From the human T2T-CHM13v2.0 reference genome, Homo sapiens: a DNA stretch of 64,000 nucleotides. The stretch lies in assembly GCF_009914755.1 (NCBI RefSeq), contig NC_060932.1; one strand, 5' to 3'. A model generated the notes under the pieces. The model was not told where the DNA came from. It made no database searches and was given only the letters and a program-made list of their open reading frames with translations. Both the position numbers and the translations under genes were made by a program. Positions 43,420-57,442 of this stretch are shown here, in pieces. Within the stretch, counting starts at the first letter, position 1. Each line of letters begins with the position of its first letter.

Positions 43420-44740
43420 TGTTCTGCCATTTTTAATCTGATTAAGAATCATAAGAATAATTTCGTTGTCATAGATATTTTTTTGCTAAACTTATTTTTA
43501 TCATAAACACCTAATTATTCACCCATAGTCTGAGAGGTGGAGTGGAGTAACACCTCCGTTGAGCACCTCCGTTGAGCACAGTGCCAGGCACTCTTAGACA
43601 ATGTGCAGGCAGTTATTATAACTCCTGTAGAATGCAATGGCTTTATCCTCACTTTTTGGAAGAGGAAACTCCTTCAAAGTGTTGCTGTCATTTGAACCCA
43701 GGTCTGCTGCACACTAGAAGGTCCGTATTTTCTCCCATGCTTTTGTATAGAGGCATAATTACTGGCTCTTTACCCTAGTGTATGGCAGTAAAACAAATTC
43801 TTGCGTTTTAGCATCAGTAAACTTAAAGGAGAATTGCCTCAATTTTCTTTGCCTTCTGTTACAAAGTTATAGGAGGGTTAAGCTAAGTACACCCTCTTTC
43901 TCCAGCAAAGCCTGCGGGTTTTCCTCTCTTCCTCAGAAGTTCTTAATTACTGTTGGCACATCTTGTGGTGAAAGAATATACCTTGTGGGGGTGGAAAATG
44001 AAATGTTATCTGTAATGAGTAAGATTGTTGGCCAACCCAAAGAGTTGGTTTAAACAAAAGTGGGGAACAGCTTGAATGAATCTGCTTTTCATAGGTACTT
44101 TTAACACATAACCATAACCTGTCAGACATACCAATCGACTGTCAGTTGCTTACATGATTGTTTTAGTGTCTGGTGGTGGAGCCCCAAAGCTCTGTCTGTA
44201 TTTGCCAGACAGGCATGGTAGTTGGAGCGATGTATGTGGTCAAAGAGGTCCAAAAACTTGCCTAAGTGAAAACCTGGAAATGGAGCTCTTGGTTGGAGTT
44301 CTTGATTTATAGGTAGAAATAAATACCACAGAAACAGTGCCACCCTTTCTTGTATCTGCAGGTTTGGAGATTGTGAACTGATTAAATAACTGTAAATTGA
44401 GCATGGGTGTGCTGAACCCAGAGCTGGTTAGTGCAGCCCTGTCTAGGACATAATTCAGGCCACCATTTTAGAAGTATGGGTCTTTAGTCCTAAGAGAAAC
44501 TAGGGGAAAAGTGAATTCATTCAATAAACATGTATTGCTTCATGGTAGGGAAACAGGTAAATGGGGAACTGTTCATCTATTTGGGATAGGCAGATGTAAC
44601 CCAGAGTGCAATGCAGGTGAGCAGTGTGAAGAGTAAGGAAAAGTCACTGGGTGTCAGGGAAGGGAAATTACACATGGCTGCTGCTTGGATAAGAATGGTA
44701 GATAAGATAGAATGTAGAATGCTCACTGCTTCCTCCTCCT

Positions 44741-45300
<560 letters not shown>

Positions 45301-45344
45301 TAAAATGAAGCTGTAAAAGTTGGAGTCCAATTGTGGAGAGCCTT

Positions 45345-45520
45345 GTAATAATACTAGATGATATTTATTGAGTGCTTACTATGTTTTAGGCACTGTAAAG
45401 GTACGTGGCATATATTAACTCATTTAATTTTTCAGTAACCTATAAAGTAGGTACCATTGTTAATCCATTTTCTAGTTGAAGAACCTGAAGCATGGGAAGT
45501 TGGGTGTCTTCTCAAAGGTC
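45345..45520 (-). mobile_element. MIR
   Basis: atatttattgagtgcttactatgttttaggcactg...actcatttaatttttcagtaacctataaagtaggtacc. Confidence 0.75.
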
Positions 45521-45759
45521 GTTCACTTTGCTCCCTGCTTCTGGCTCCTCCTGTACTGCTGGGAAATTTAGAGTGGCTCCTGGAGGCGGTGGGGACTGTT
45601 AGTGCTATAAGGGGCCCGGAGGTGTGAGCACATGTGCTCTCTGGGAAAGGAGTCCTGACATTGTATGTAGATGGACTACAGGAAGGGGAGTCGCTTGAAG
45701 CAGTCCAGAGTCACCTCTGAAATGGCAATGCAAAATATATTCGTGTGATTTGTTGATCT

Positions 45760-45950
45760 AACACGCAGGATGCTAAGTGCTAGGCATTGTTGAAAGTGCC
45801 TTAAATGTTAACTGATTTAATGCTTTTGGCAGCTGCTTGAGGTAGGCACTATCACTATCCTCTCCATTTTATAGATGATGAGCCTGAGGTGCAGAGAGAT
45901 CCCGCAGCTGGTAAGTGGCAGAGCCAGGCAAGTCTGGTGCCAGGGTTTCA
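45760..45950 (-). mobile_element. MIR
   Basis: gaggtaggcactatcactatcctctccattttatagatgatgagcctgaggtgcagagag...cagctggtaagtggcagagcc. Confidence 0.7.
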
Positions 45951-46318
45951 GCGACTATCCCAAGCTCTGCTTAGTCTTCCTGTACAAAGGGAACGATAAC
46001 TAGTAGTCTCCAGTGATGTTTTTGTTCCAGATAGTACAGGATCAAAGTGATATTTTGGAGACAGATCCTTCCATTTTCAAAAGCATCTGCCTTAAAGACA
46101 TTTGTCTAGAAATATTTATATGATTGTATCACACTTAATATGTGCTTGGCTTAGAGCAGGCAAAAACAAAAAACAAAAAACCCAAAGACACAGGTCCTGC
46201 CCTTGGGGAACTCATACTCTGCTAAGGGGAGATAGAGAAGTATGTAGACTTACAAAGAAAAAAATAATTTCGGCTGAGAAAGGCAAATGAAGAAAATAAA
46301 ACAAGCCAATGAAAGAGA

Positions 46319-46917
46319 CCTGTGCATTCCACTGTGATAGCCACGAGGTGCATGTGTCCATTGAGTACTTGAAACATGGTCAGTCAAAATTGAGAAATGC
46401 TCTAAGGGTGAAGTACACACTGGAATTCAAACTTAGTATGAAAAAAATATATAAAATATCTCAATAATTTTTACATTGATTATATTTTAAGTGTTCATAC
46501 GTTGGGTTAAATAGAGCATGTTATTAAAATGAATGCTAAGTGAAATAAGCTAGGCATAAAAGGACACTATTATTGCACTTATGAGGTAACTGGAATAGTC
46601 AAGTTCATGGAGGCAGAAATTAGAACAGTGGTTACCGGGGGAAGGGAGAATAGGGAGTTACTGTTTAATGGGTAGAGTTTCAGTTTGGGATGATGAAAGG
46701 TCTAGAGATGGATGTGGTAATGGTTGCACAACGGTGTGACGATACTGAATGCCGCTGAACTATACACTTGAAACTAGTTCAAATGGCAAATTTTAGGTAT
46801 ATTTTACTACAACTTTAAAAAGCCAAAAAATATGTGTCACACTTTTAAAAAATGTGACTACTAGAAAATTTTAAATTGCACACGTGGCTTGCGTCATACT
46901 TCTGTTGGAGTGTGCTG
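46319..46917 (-). mobile_element. MER33 split by an L1MB fragment
   Basis: gatagccacgagg...attgagtacttgaaacatgg...aagtacacactggaattcaaacttagtatgaaaaaaa...[L1]...aatgtgactactagaaaattttaaattgcacacgtggcttgcg. Confidence 0.8.
46533..46830 (+). mobile_element. L1MB 3' end inserted in MER33
   Basis: atgctaagtgaaataagc...gggagttactgtttaatgggtagagtttcagtttgggatgatgaaa...ctgaactatacacttgaa. Confidence 0.82.
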
Positions 46918-47214
46918 GGTAGAGAGTAATGGGTAAGATGGTCAGGAAAGGCCTCTTTGGAGAGGGTCACATTTGTGTCCTATGAAATGAGAGGGAACTG
47001 ACCACACAAAAGGCTTGAGGGAAGCATTTCAGGCAGAGGCAGAGCGGCTGCAAAGGCCCTGGAGTGGGGAAAGTGTGTATGCTTAGGGAGGTGGGATGAA
47101 GTTAGGATGGAAAGGGGCAGGTCCCCGATCACCGGGGTCTTATGGGCTTGAATACCACTGCTCTGCATAAAACTTGAAAATAGAAACAAAGCAATAAAAA
47201 ACTCAAATTTCCAT

Positions 47215-47271
47215 ACAGATTAAACCATGCGAAATTGCTGGTATTCTGACCTATTTATATGATTCAGCCTA
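47215..47271. mobile_element. MADE2-like mariner MITE remnant
   Basis: agattaaaccatgcgaaattgctggtatt...tatatgattcagcctaat resembles MADE2 TIRs. Confidence 0.5.
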
Positions 47272-49309
47272 ATCTTGTGTTTGTGGTTCTGGGGTTTGAT
47301 TCTTTCCCTAGTGATGTACTTGTTTGGCTAGCAGAGAAGGCACTGCCTTGCTTTCTAATTATTTGCTAATTGGTGGGTACCCTAAAGACAGCACCCCCTC
47401 TTGCTGGCTTACATACCACTTTGCCTGACAACAAATTTGTGTTGAAACGGAAGGAAACCCAGCTGCTCACAAACTAAAACTGTCACAAGTAATAAAAAAT
47501 CCTGAAGACAGTACCTTGAACATTTTCTATTTCATAAACTTTGTCTTTGTCAGCTTGGTGGCTTTTGGAACCCAGAGGGAGCAATAATAGTATCATTAGC
47601 GCCTTTGGATCCTGGCGCTGTGAAGTCACTGGGAGCATTTATTATTATTGCACAGGTAGACTTTTCTTTCTGGAAAGGTCTTGGCTCAGGACAAGTAAAT
47701 TGAAGGGTTGGCTTTCTCAGTAGGGAAGGGTTGTTAGGAAGGTAAATTGGGGTTTGTTTATCCTTCTGTTAAAGGCCATCAGTGCTGGCTCAAGCAGTCT
47801 CGTGGAGGCTGCTGCCACCCTGTTTTTTTTCCCAAGTCCACCTTGGTGGCCTCATTGTGTGTTACTACTGCTTTTCCTGGAGCAGGGGGTCTGGGACAAT
47901 GAGAGGCAACCCTACAGGAGGTGCTGCAGAATGAATTGTTTTCTTAGTGGTTTTTGACTCCAGAACCCCTGGTGGAAAATGTTTGTTCATATTAAAGGAG
48001 AAGATGGTTAATACCTAAAATCTTTCATCTTATGGAAAGTTTTTTTGGGCTTTGAAACATCTCTGGCCACCTGCTGAGGACCAGTGAGTCTGGCAAGTGG
48101 TAATGCCCACTGCCTGTGCACTGGTCTTTTGTGGAGGAGTTCTGTGCCACATTTGAACTCCCCAGTCAAATGGTTCTAGTGGTGTCTCAGGTGGTATGAA
48201 GCAGAGAGGTGCCTGCATTCGGTTCTCCAGGCTGGCCCAAGTTTAAAAGTTGACTGGGTACTTTGTGCTCCCTTGGGATGGCTAGATATTTCCTCATAAC
48301 CTAGGTGCTGTGTAAGCTAATTTGTTAAAAAAAACAACAAAGGCCCCATGTTATGTAATTATTGATATCTGAACCACAAACCAGAAATCTGTGCCCAGAA
48401 ACCATCCCACAATTTCTAGATTTCCACCCCTGCACATATCGTGGTCCATTTCTATAGGATCACTGTTGGTGTCATCTTTGTTTATTTACTGTCCAATTTT
48501 CAACTGCTATAAGTCATTAACTACATTAGTTGAATACTTTCTTACCCCAAGGAATTCCTTATTGCAGTAGGTTTATATGAAGGTGGGGTTAGCTTTAGAC
48601 TTAGCTGCAGAGTCTTCATTTATTTTTCAGTCCTAATCAGCTTTATTTGTTTATTTTGTTTTGTTCATGTCAGGATTGGTCAGATTGTTGTGACCACCAG
48701 CTTAGTTATGACACGGACCAGGAAAACTGTGTGACCTCCCCAGAGCTGGCTTGAGCTACAGGAATAAGCACTTTCTTAATGTGGGGCCTTGCCTGCCTGA
48801 AAGATCAGATGCATCTGCATAAATATAAATAATTACTTGTATTCTTGTTTTTTGTTTTGTTGTTTACAGTTTACATGAACTATTTCACGTTTTTTCTCTT
48901 TAATCTTCATGTGAAATTTGGGAGATGGGCACAATTATTGTCTCATTTTATAGACAGAAAAACTCAACCTCAAAGTTTTAGTCCAGGTGTCTGACTTCAG
49001 GATGGATGCTCTTCGCAGACCTCCCAACAACAATGTTGCCTGACCTTCTGGCAAGTTTCCAAGAGTGCCAGGACCCCAAATTAGAAACCTGGGTGCTGTG
49101 CTTACACTTCATGTGTGGGTGATGAAGGGGAAACCATGGGATTGCTAAGGCTCAGGTTCCACCGTTGCAAAATGGGGCTAATACCTGCGGCGTTGGATGC
49201 TGGGAGGATTTTGAGGTCTTATCCATGTAAAGTGATAACAGCACCTGACACACAATTGCTCTACGAGGACAGCAGCGACTATTGTCATTTAAAGAAATAA
49301 ATCATCATA

Positions 49310-49875
49310 TCCTCTCACTTACCCTTCATTCAATAAGTTGGCAAGACCTGTAGATTTTACTTACTTTAATACCATTGACTCTGCCCTGGCTTTCTAATCC
49401 TTCTGGTTTGGCACTTCTTACACAATTCCCGCCATAATTGGATGGATCACACTGCCTCCAGTCAAGCCCCTCTAATCTGTCATCTGCACTACATCCAGCC
49501 TGATCTTTCCAAACACAGTTTTGACCTTCTCCTTGAACATCCCTCATTTGCTTACAGAAGAAATATAAATCTCCTAGTTTTTCACCAAAGATTCTTTATA
49601 ATCTGACCCTCTTCTTAGTCTTATTTCACCTATCCCGAACACACACCCTACCCTTTATCACACAGAACTAAAACTCCTCTCTTTTCTCATCCTGTCTTGG
49701 TGCCCTAAATGCCCGCATTCCGTGTGCCTCATTTGACCCTATTCTCCCCCTGCCCTCTGCACCCCCTCCCCTCCACACCCCCTCCCCTCTGCATAGCTAG
49801 CACCAACTCACCTTCAGCTTTGGGATCTTAGCACCGTGCACACACCCTGCACGGTGCTCAGTGAATAAATGAATT
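49310..49875 (+). mobile_element. L2
   Basis: gcctccagtcaagcccctctaatctgtcatctgcactacatccagcctgatctttccaaacaca...gtgctcagtgaataaatgaat. Confidence 0.65.
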
Positions 49876-50556
49876 AACTCTTGGTGTAAGTGGATACAGT
49901 AGCCAGCATCTTTAGCCTAGGGGGTCTCGCAAGTCTCTAGCCTTTCTAAGGGGTTGGCAAGGCTGGACACAGACTAGATCTTCATGGGGAAACCCTGGGA
50001 TGGCAGCAGAGCCACCTGAAGACCTGGAGTGTGCACCTGGGATCTGAGGGGAAGAGAAAGAAGTGAGATCACAGTCACCAAAACATCTGCTTTATCAGCA
50101 GCAAAAAAGCCTACCTGTGGTTGATCTGAATTCAAATATATGCCAGCAGCAGCTGTCTCATCAGAAACTTATCTAGAGCTGTCATTTGGCTATTTAGAAT
50201 TTAAACCACAATTGCTTCCTAAATATTCTCTGCAGAAGTAACTGCCCTTCCCCACCAAGCAACAACCAGGCAAGATCAGTTATCTGTGGTTACCAGGTAC
50301 AAAATCTCCATTAGCTGAAATAACAGCCAGGCCTGCTATCTGTGTGGTCTGCAGGACCTTGTTCTCTGTGGTAGGAATTACACCTGTTCACAGTCATTTG
50401 ACTGCTTTCTACTGAAGGTGTTAAAGTGCTAGGCTTGTCTTACTGTTGTTCTGTGAAAAAGACATTTAATGCCTCCTATCTTTATTTTATGTTTTATGTC
50501 TTTGGAAAAATGGAAGAACTATGGAAAATGTATTGCGTTACCTGTAGGTTCTAGAC

Positions 50557-50889
50557 CAGTGGTCCCCAACCTGCTTGGCACTAGGGACTGGCTTTGTGAA
50601 AGACAGTTTTTCCACTGACCGAGGGCAGGGGTGGGGGATGGTTTCGGGATGATTCAAGCGCAGTACATTTATCATTAGATTCTCACAAGGAGCGTGCAAC
50701 CTAGATCCCTCACATGTGCAGTTCACAATAGGGTTCGTGCTCCTATGAGAATCTAATGCCGCCACTGATCTGACAGGAGGCGGAGCTCAGGTGGTAATGC
50801 TCACTGGCGGCTCACCTCTGCTGTGCAGCCTGGTTCCTAACAGGCCACGGATCGGTATTGGTCTGTGGCCTGGGGGTTGGGAACCCCTG
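50557..50889 (+). mobile_element. MER1B (hAT-Charlie), complete
   Basis: cagtggtccccaacc...cattagattctcacaaggagcgtgcaacctagatccctc...gggggttgggaacccctg; perfect 8-bp TSD ttctagac. Confidence 0.93.
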
Positions 50890-51090
50890 TTCTAGACAAC
50901 CAGAAATCTAAGCCTTTCTCCTTCATGAAAACTGTAGAGATGCAGAGCCTTCTAAATATGTTTCCTGAGTGAGCACTGGCATCTCTTTGACTTCAGTGCT
51001 CAGATACACAGGTAACGAATGAAAAAACCTGAAAGAATTGTGAGATCCACCTGGTAGGTGTCTTGTAAATACCTGTAATTGCAAACCTGC

Positions 51091-51134
51091 GGGGTGGTGG
51101 GGGTAGGGTGGGGTAGGGTGGGGTGGTGGCGGGG
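51091..51134 (+). other. Predicted G-quadruplex
   Basis: ggggtggtgggggtagggtggggtagggtggggtggtggcgggg: at least 7 runs of 3 or more G, mostly 1-2 nt loops. Confidence 0.75.
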
Positions 51135-52011
51135 AGAGTTTCTGAGATTCAGGTTACTCTCTTTATGTTTGTTTTAGTCAACTTTTCACTGAAGTATAAC
51201 ACAATCAGAAAAGTACACAGATCATAAGTGTACAGTTTGAATTTTCAAGTCATCCTTTTAATATATTAATATACAATACATGAATAATTTATGTATTCAT
51301 GCCACGAACAATTTCTTTCTTTAATTAAATTAAGGGGTTGGTGAGGATGGCAGTAGGAGCCAAGTTCTGAGTTCTGTTCTGTTGACATAACTGTTGAATC
51401 ACTTCCCCCCACTCACTTGTTCAAGGAGGCAAGGTTTTGTTTCCTGGGGGTAATATCTAAGCCATTCACAGCCTGAAATGTTTACCTCTAATTTTGTTTC
51501 TTTAGCTATCTGAATACGTGAATTCCATTAAAACCACACACATAGAAAAATGATTTCTGTTCTGCATGTCAGATTTTTTGTTTTCCCAATGAAAGTGCAC
51601 CAAAGAGTTTGCAAGTAGCTCTGATAAGGAAGTTCCTTACTGTGACTGGATTTGTTTTCTGCCCTTACAAAGATGCCTCTCTTACCTGCTTTTCTGTCTT
51701 CCCCCTTACCGTTGTCAAAGAAACCTTTTCCCTTTAGGGCCCTAGCTTATCTGTCAAGTTCATAGCTGTCTTTTCTCCTAGAATATTATGTGGTTACCAC
51801 CCTCCCCGATCCCCACACACAAATACATCATGCAGTCTTTTGTGGGCCCAATTTATTTAAGTCAGCTAACTACAGGCTAGTATAATTTTTAGCAGATTTC
51901 ACCTCATTCTTGTACCTGGTATGAAGGCGGTACTTTCTGGTCCCATTAGTGATTAATACCAGCTCTGGTGTCACCTGAAGTTTTTTCAGCTGGAGTTACC
52001 CTACTGCCTTC

Positions 52012-52467
<456 letters not shown>

Positions 52468-53158
52468 TATTCTCTTTATATACAGCTTTTTTTTGTTGTT
52501 TGGTTGTACCATTGACAGTAAATTTCAGTGATCAGGATACTTGACCCCTGAGGATTCAGCATTTATCCCCTGGGAAAAAGGAGAAAACACAATCTCACCT
52601 AAGAAAGTTAATGGTGAATACATTTCTAATATTCAACCCATATTTACATTTCTCAGTTGTCCCAAGAATGTATTGAGATGTAGTAGACTTTTAATCCTCT
52701 GCAGTTTATTAATACATCAGAGAAATCCCAGTGATTGTGCTGGCTAGGTGGATGGAACGGTGGTGCAACTCATTATTTAATACTTGTACACAAATGAGCT
52801 ATTTTCCTAGAGAAGACTGAACTTTCCATATCTGTTGCTGGCATCTTGCTTTCTTGCTTGATGGAACAGTGTAGGCAAGAATGAATGAATGAGAATGAAT
52901 GTATAATACCCATTACAACTGTAAATGGGCTACTTATAACTTCCAGAAGTCCAGGAATGTGTCGTTTATTTGCTGAAGCTAATTGAGTCTGATACCAGAG
53001 AGATGAGGCAGCTAGGTACATACATCATTAACAAACAAGAACCATCTCTTGTGTGATTCATCTAAAACCTGGTTTCACTGTAGAAGGGATGGTTGGTCAG
53101 GGCAGAATATATGGACAGGCCTCAGGAGTTCTCCAGGTATTTGTCTTTTTGATCATGA

Positions 53159-53728
53159 ATAGACTATTTTTTCGGTAGAGTCTTAGATTTATCAAATAAT
53201 TGAGCAGATAGAACATTGTGTTCCATATACCCCCCATGCATTCCCCCATTTCACCTCTTACTGTATACTAACATATCTTGTATTAGTGTGGCACATTTAT
53301 TGGGATTAATGAACCAACATTGATACATTATTACTAGCTGTAGTCCATAGTTTACATTAAGGTTTACACCTTGTATTATACACTTACATGAGTTTTGACA
53401 AATGCATAATATCGTGTATCTACTATTATATTATCATACAGAATAATTTCACTGCCCTAAAAATACCCTGTGCTCCACCTATTTGCCCACCCCCTCTTCC
53501 CCTGAACCCCTGGCAACTGCTCATCTTTGTATTGTCTCTGTAGTTATGCCTTTCCAACATGTTGTGTATTTGGAATCATACAGTATGGAGCCTCTTCAGA
53601 TTGGCTCCTTTCACTTAGCGATGTGCCTTTTAAGTTCCTTCATGTCTTTTTGATGGCTTGATAGCTCATATCTTTTTATCGCCAATAATATTCCATTGTG
53701 TGGCTGTACTCTAGTTTGTCTATCCATG
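53159..53728 (-). mobile_element. L1MC (MC1-3-like) 3' end
   Basis: aattgagcagatagaac...gaaccaacattgatacattattact...ttttgacaaatgcataat...cactgccctaaaaat...ggaatcatacagtatg. Confidence 0.85.
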
Positions 53729-54003
53729 CATGAAGCTTACTGTTTTACACAAATGATAGGACATTTCAGCACATAGCAGTTGTTTGATAAATAGTCATTA
53801 AATGACCTAGTTAGATGGACTGCTTAATTTTTCTGCCAGATATGTAGTGCCAAGGGAGAGTTGTGATGGAAAAGGCAATTATGTTGTTAGGCACTGACTT
53901 CTGTTAATGTACAGTTAATGTTTAAGTGGCTTAGCCCAGCAAAGGTAGGTGGCTTTGATGTGTCCAGGCTTCCAACAGCAGTTTCTTAAATTCTCTTTAG
54001 AGC

Positions 54004-54226
54004 TGCACTGTCCAGTATGGTAGCCACTAGAAAAGTCTGGAAAAATAGCCACATGTGTCTATTTGAACTTAAATTGATTGAAAAGTAAATAAGATGAAAA
54101 ATTCAGTACCTTGGTTGTACTAGCCACATATCAGCGACTCAATAGCCATATGTGGCTATTTGCTGTTATTTCGGACAGTGCAGATGTAGAACATTTCCAT
54201 CATCACAGATTTTATTAGACAGCCCT
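54004..54226 (-). mobile_element. MER3
   Basis: ctgcactgtccagtatggtagccactag...ctcaatagccatatgtggcta...ggacagtgcagatgtagaacatttccatcatcacaga. Confidence 0.88.
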
Positions 54227-57095
54227 AATGCAAATAAAAGCATTCAGAGAGAAGGATGGGATTGAAATTAGTTGACCAGGCTGATTCTGGTTTCTCTTTA
54301 ATGCTTAGCTCTTTTGTGCCACAATTTTACAATGGAAGAGATGAAGCTCAGAGGTCTGTTTGCTGAAGAACAGTTGCTTAAGATGACTTTGGGGATAAAA
54401 AGGCTGCCAGGCCAGTGAAGCTGTGAAATGCCCCCTGTGTGACAGCCCCAGGCGGCATGGCTTGACAATGGTTTAGGCCCTTGATCAGCTAGTGTTAAGG
54501 AGTTTTACAGAACTCTCAGCTCTTGCTTATTTAGTTTGGTGTTGAAAAAATAAAGAAAGAAAGAAAAGAAAAAGCAGGGGCCTTCTCTAATTTGAGGGGA
54601 TGATGGGGTGGGTGTGGAAAGGGAATTAAACTTCCCAACTAATAAATTTGGAAATTGTACACCCATTTCCTCAGTAAACTCCTGCGGTTGTTGGATACCA
54701 GGAATGTGAAACCTGAATGCGTATCAGACACTTGCCACAGGAATTGTAGCTCAGTCCCTTGTAACTGCAATTGCTCTTATTTGGGAGCAAAGCAAATAGC
54801 AGTTAAGTTTTTTTGTGTTTTGTTTCTTTGCCAGCACTTCGGATTTGATCAGATCTAATTTCATTCACGTGGTAGGTGCCACGCTGACAATAAAGCATTA
54901 TGGGCTGTCAGTCTACTTAGATTTCAATTCTGTATTCGTTTTATGTATGGCATTTTAATAAAGTCTTAATTTTTTTTCTTCTAAACAGATAACAGACTAG
55001 ATTATGTTGTGCTTTCCTTTAATGTCTAATCTGGAAATTGGCTGTTGATGCTAGTGAGGGTTTTTAATATAAGTTTTAAATGAAAATGCCAAATTGCTTT
55101 GTCTGTGCATTGTAGCTTTTTAAATATTGACTTTGTGCCTTTTGAAATGCTTGAGTTTCTAAGAGGCCTAGCGTGAAAAGGCAAACTTGACAGAATAATA
55201 TATCTACCATAATTCCTGTGAAAAGACTTAAAATATTCTGGTATTTGGAAGTTCAGTCAGGATGTGACCACTTGGAACCATGACTGTCTATAAACACAGG
55301 CTTAGAATTGATACTTTTCTCTAAGAATAGGCACAGAGAAAATAGTATATTATCTTGCAAATTAAAAACTGGAAATGCCAGATCTCAAATGAAGACAGAG
55401 TTTTCCTCAATCTTTAAGCTATTGTCATCTGCTAAAGAACTCTTATAAGAGTTGCAGAGTTTTAATCAGTATTTAACAATTATTGAATTTGTTCAACTGG
55501 CATTTGTTTTAAACAAACATGTTGTCTCTTACATGAAAGGCAGGATAACGTATGGCTTTCTTTTATCTGCTACAATTTTTCTGTAATTTTTGAATATAAC
55601 ATTTTAATTTAGATACTGTTTCATGTTAGCAAAGTCTAGAAAAATTGATTATAGTTTCTTAGCATGGGATTGTTTTCTTAAAAGCCGTGAAAGGGAAAAG
55701 AATCAATATTAGGGCTTTCCGAATGGCAGCTTTTTACAGAGCCCCCCCAGCACGATTGATTATAGCTGCTTTTGTAAAGGATTTAAAAAGAACAATCTGT
55801 ATTAAAAACATCATTCTTTGGTATGAGCTTTAACAGCTCTAAATGGGTTACCATGGGGGCTGCGCTGCAATGTGACCACTTGAACGGATTGTGGTCATCA
55901 CCGGTGGGCCAGGGCAGCGAGGCAGGGGAAAGGCTCTTAGGTGAGGCATTGCTGGCATGCATGCCAAAGAGGTTACCGTGGCAGCTGCAATCATTCAGCC
56001 GCATTCTTTAGCCTCCAAAGCAGGAGGGGCAAGAAGCGTGTCATTTTTCTACAGGCAGAGTGTAAGGTTAAGCAGCAGGAAGGGAGAGTCAGAGGATGTC
56101 TTTGTTCCAGAGCATTTGCCAAAGCCAGGTATGTCCAGTCAAAGGGATAATGCAACCGATAGCTCCCAAGCCTCCATATCCTCAGCTGTTGCTTGTTGCC
56201 ACTGAGGGGTGGACATGTTTTCATTTGGCATCTTACATGTGAGCATCATGACTACAGACTCATCTTATACCAATTAAATAATAAACTCCACTCTGTGGGC
56301 AGAGGTTCTGTCTGGAGGTGAGTGTGCCTGAAGCAGTTAAATCTATTAAATATTAGAAACATTGGTCCCATCCTCACAGGGCATGGGACAGGGCCCAAGC
56401 AAGAGACCATTAATGTGGACTGGGCTTCCAGAGTTTAACTCAGTAAGACTCTGTGGGCTCTAGAAAATTCAAATGTAACAGGTAGTCCAGGTGCTTTCAT
56501 TCTAAAAGAGGGAGCGGGGTGCTCATTGCCATTGGCTACTTTACAGAAGGCATTTATTTGCAGGAATGGGGTACCCTATTAATTTGGGAAGAATTGAATA
56601 TCCTAGAGAGTATGGGGATTTTTATAAAATAGTGTTGAATTTAGCATCACTTTTCATTTAGCACCCCTGGGTGCCAAATCCCACAGGGGCCTCTGTAGTA
56701 TGGCTTGCCTCAGAACTAGTAGAATCAGCTTTTTTTATTCCTGGACTAACTTGGAGAAAAAAAATTCCTGAGATGATCTATTTTTAATTCCTAACTGTTT
56801 TGCTTTTCTTCGTCTTCCATATTTTTAGAAAATGAAATGTTATATCTCTTATGAAATGGTACTTACACATGTGTGTTCCAACTGAGACTTTTAATTGTCA
56901 CTAGTAAATTACTATAAATCAGCCTCATTCGGGGGCAAAAAATAATAATATGTGTTCTTGTTTTAAACGTATTCTCTAAAGTGCTTCTTAAGTAGTATTT
57001 TTTAATTAAGCATGTAATTTTATCATTTTGCAAATTCGCTTTTACCTTTCATCCTGTGCGACCCTGATATCATAAGAATAAGAGTACTATATGAG

Positions 57096-57442
<347 letters not shown>

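Larger units (their letters stand above)
46130..47150 (-). mobile_element. L2 (hosting nested MER33 and L1MB)
   Basis: ggtcctgcccttggggaactcatactct...[insertions]...tggtcaggaaaggcctct...gggaagcatttcaggcagaggcagagcggctgcaaaggccctggag. Confidence 0.7.

Noticed and set aside
43551-43579. 13-bp tandem duplication cacctccgttgag x2
   Set aside because: Ordinary slippage microduplication in a degenerate repeat.
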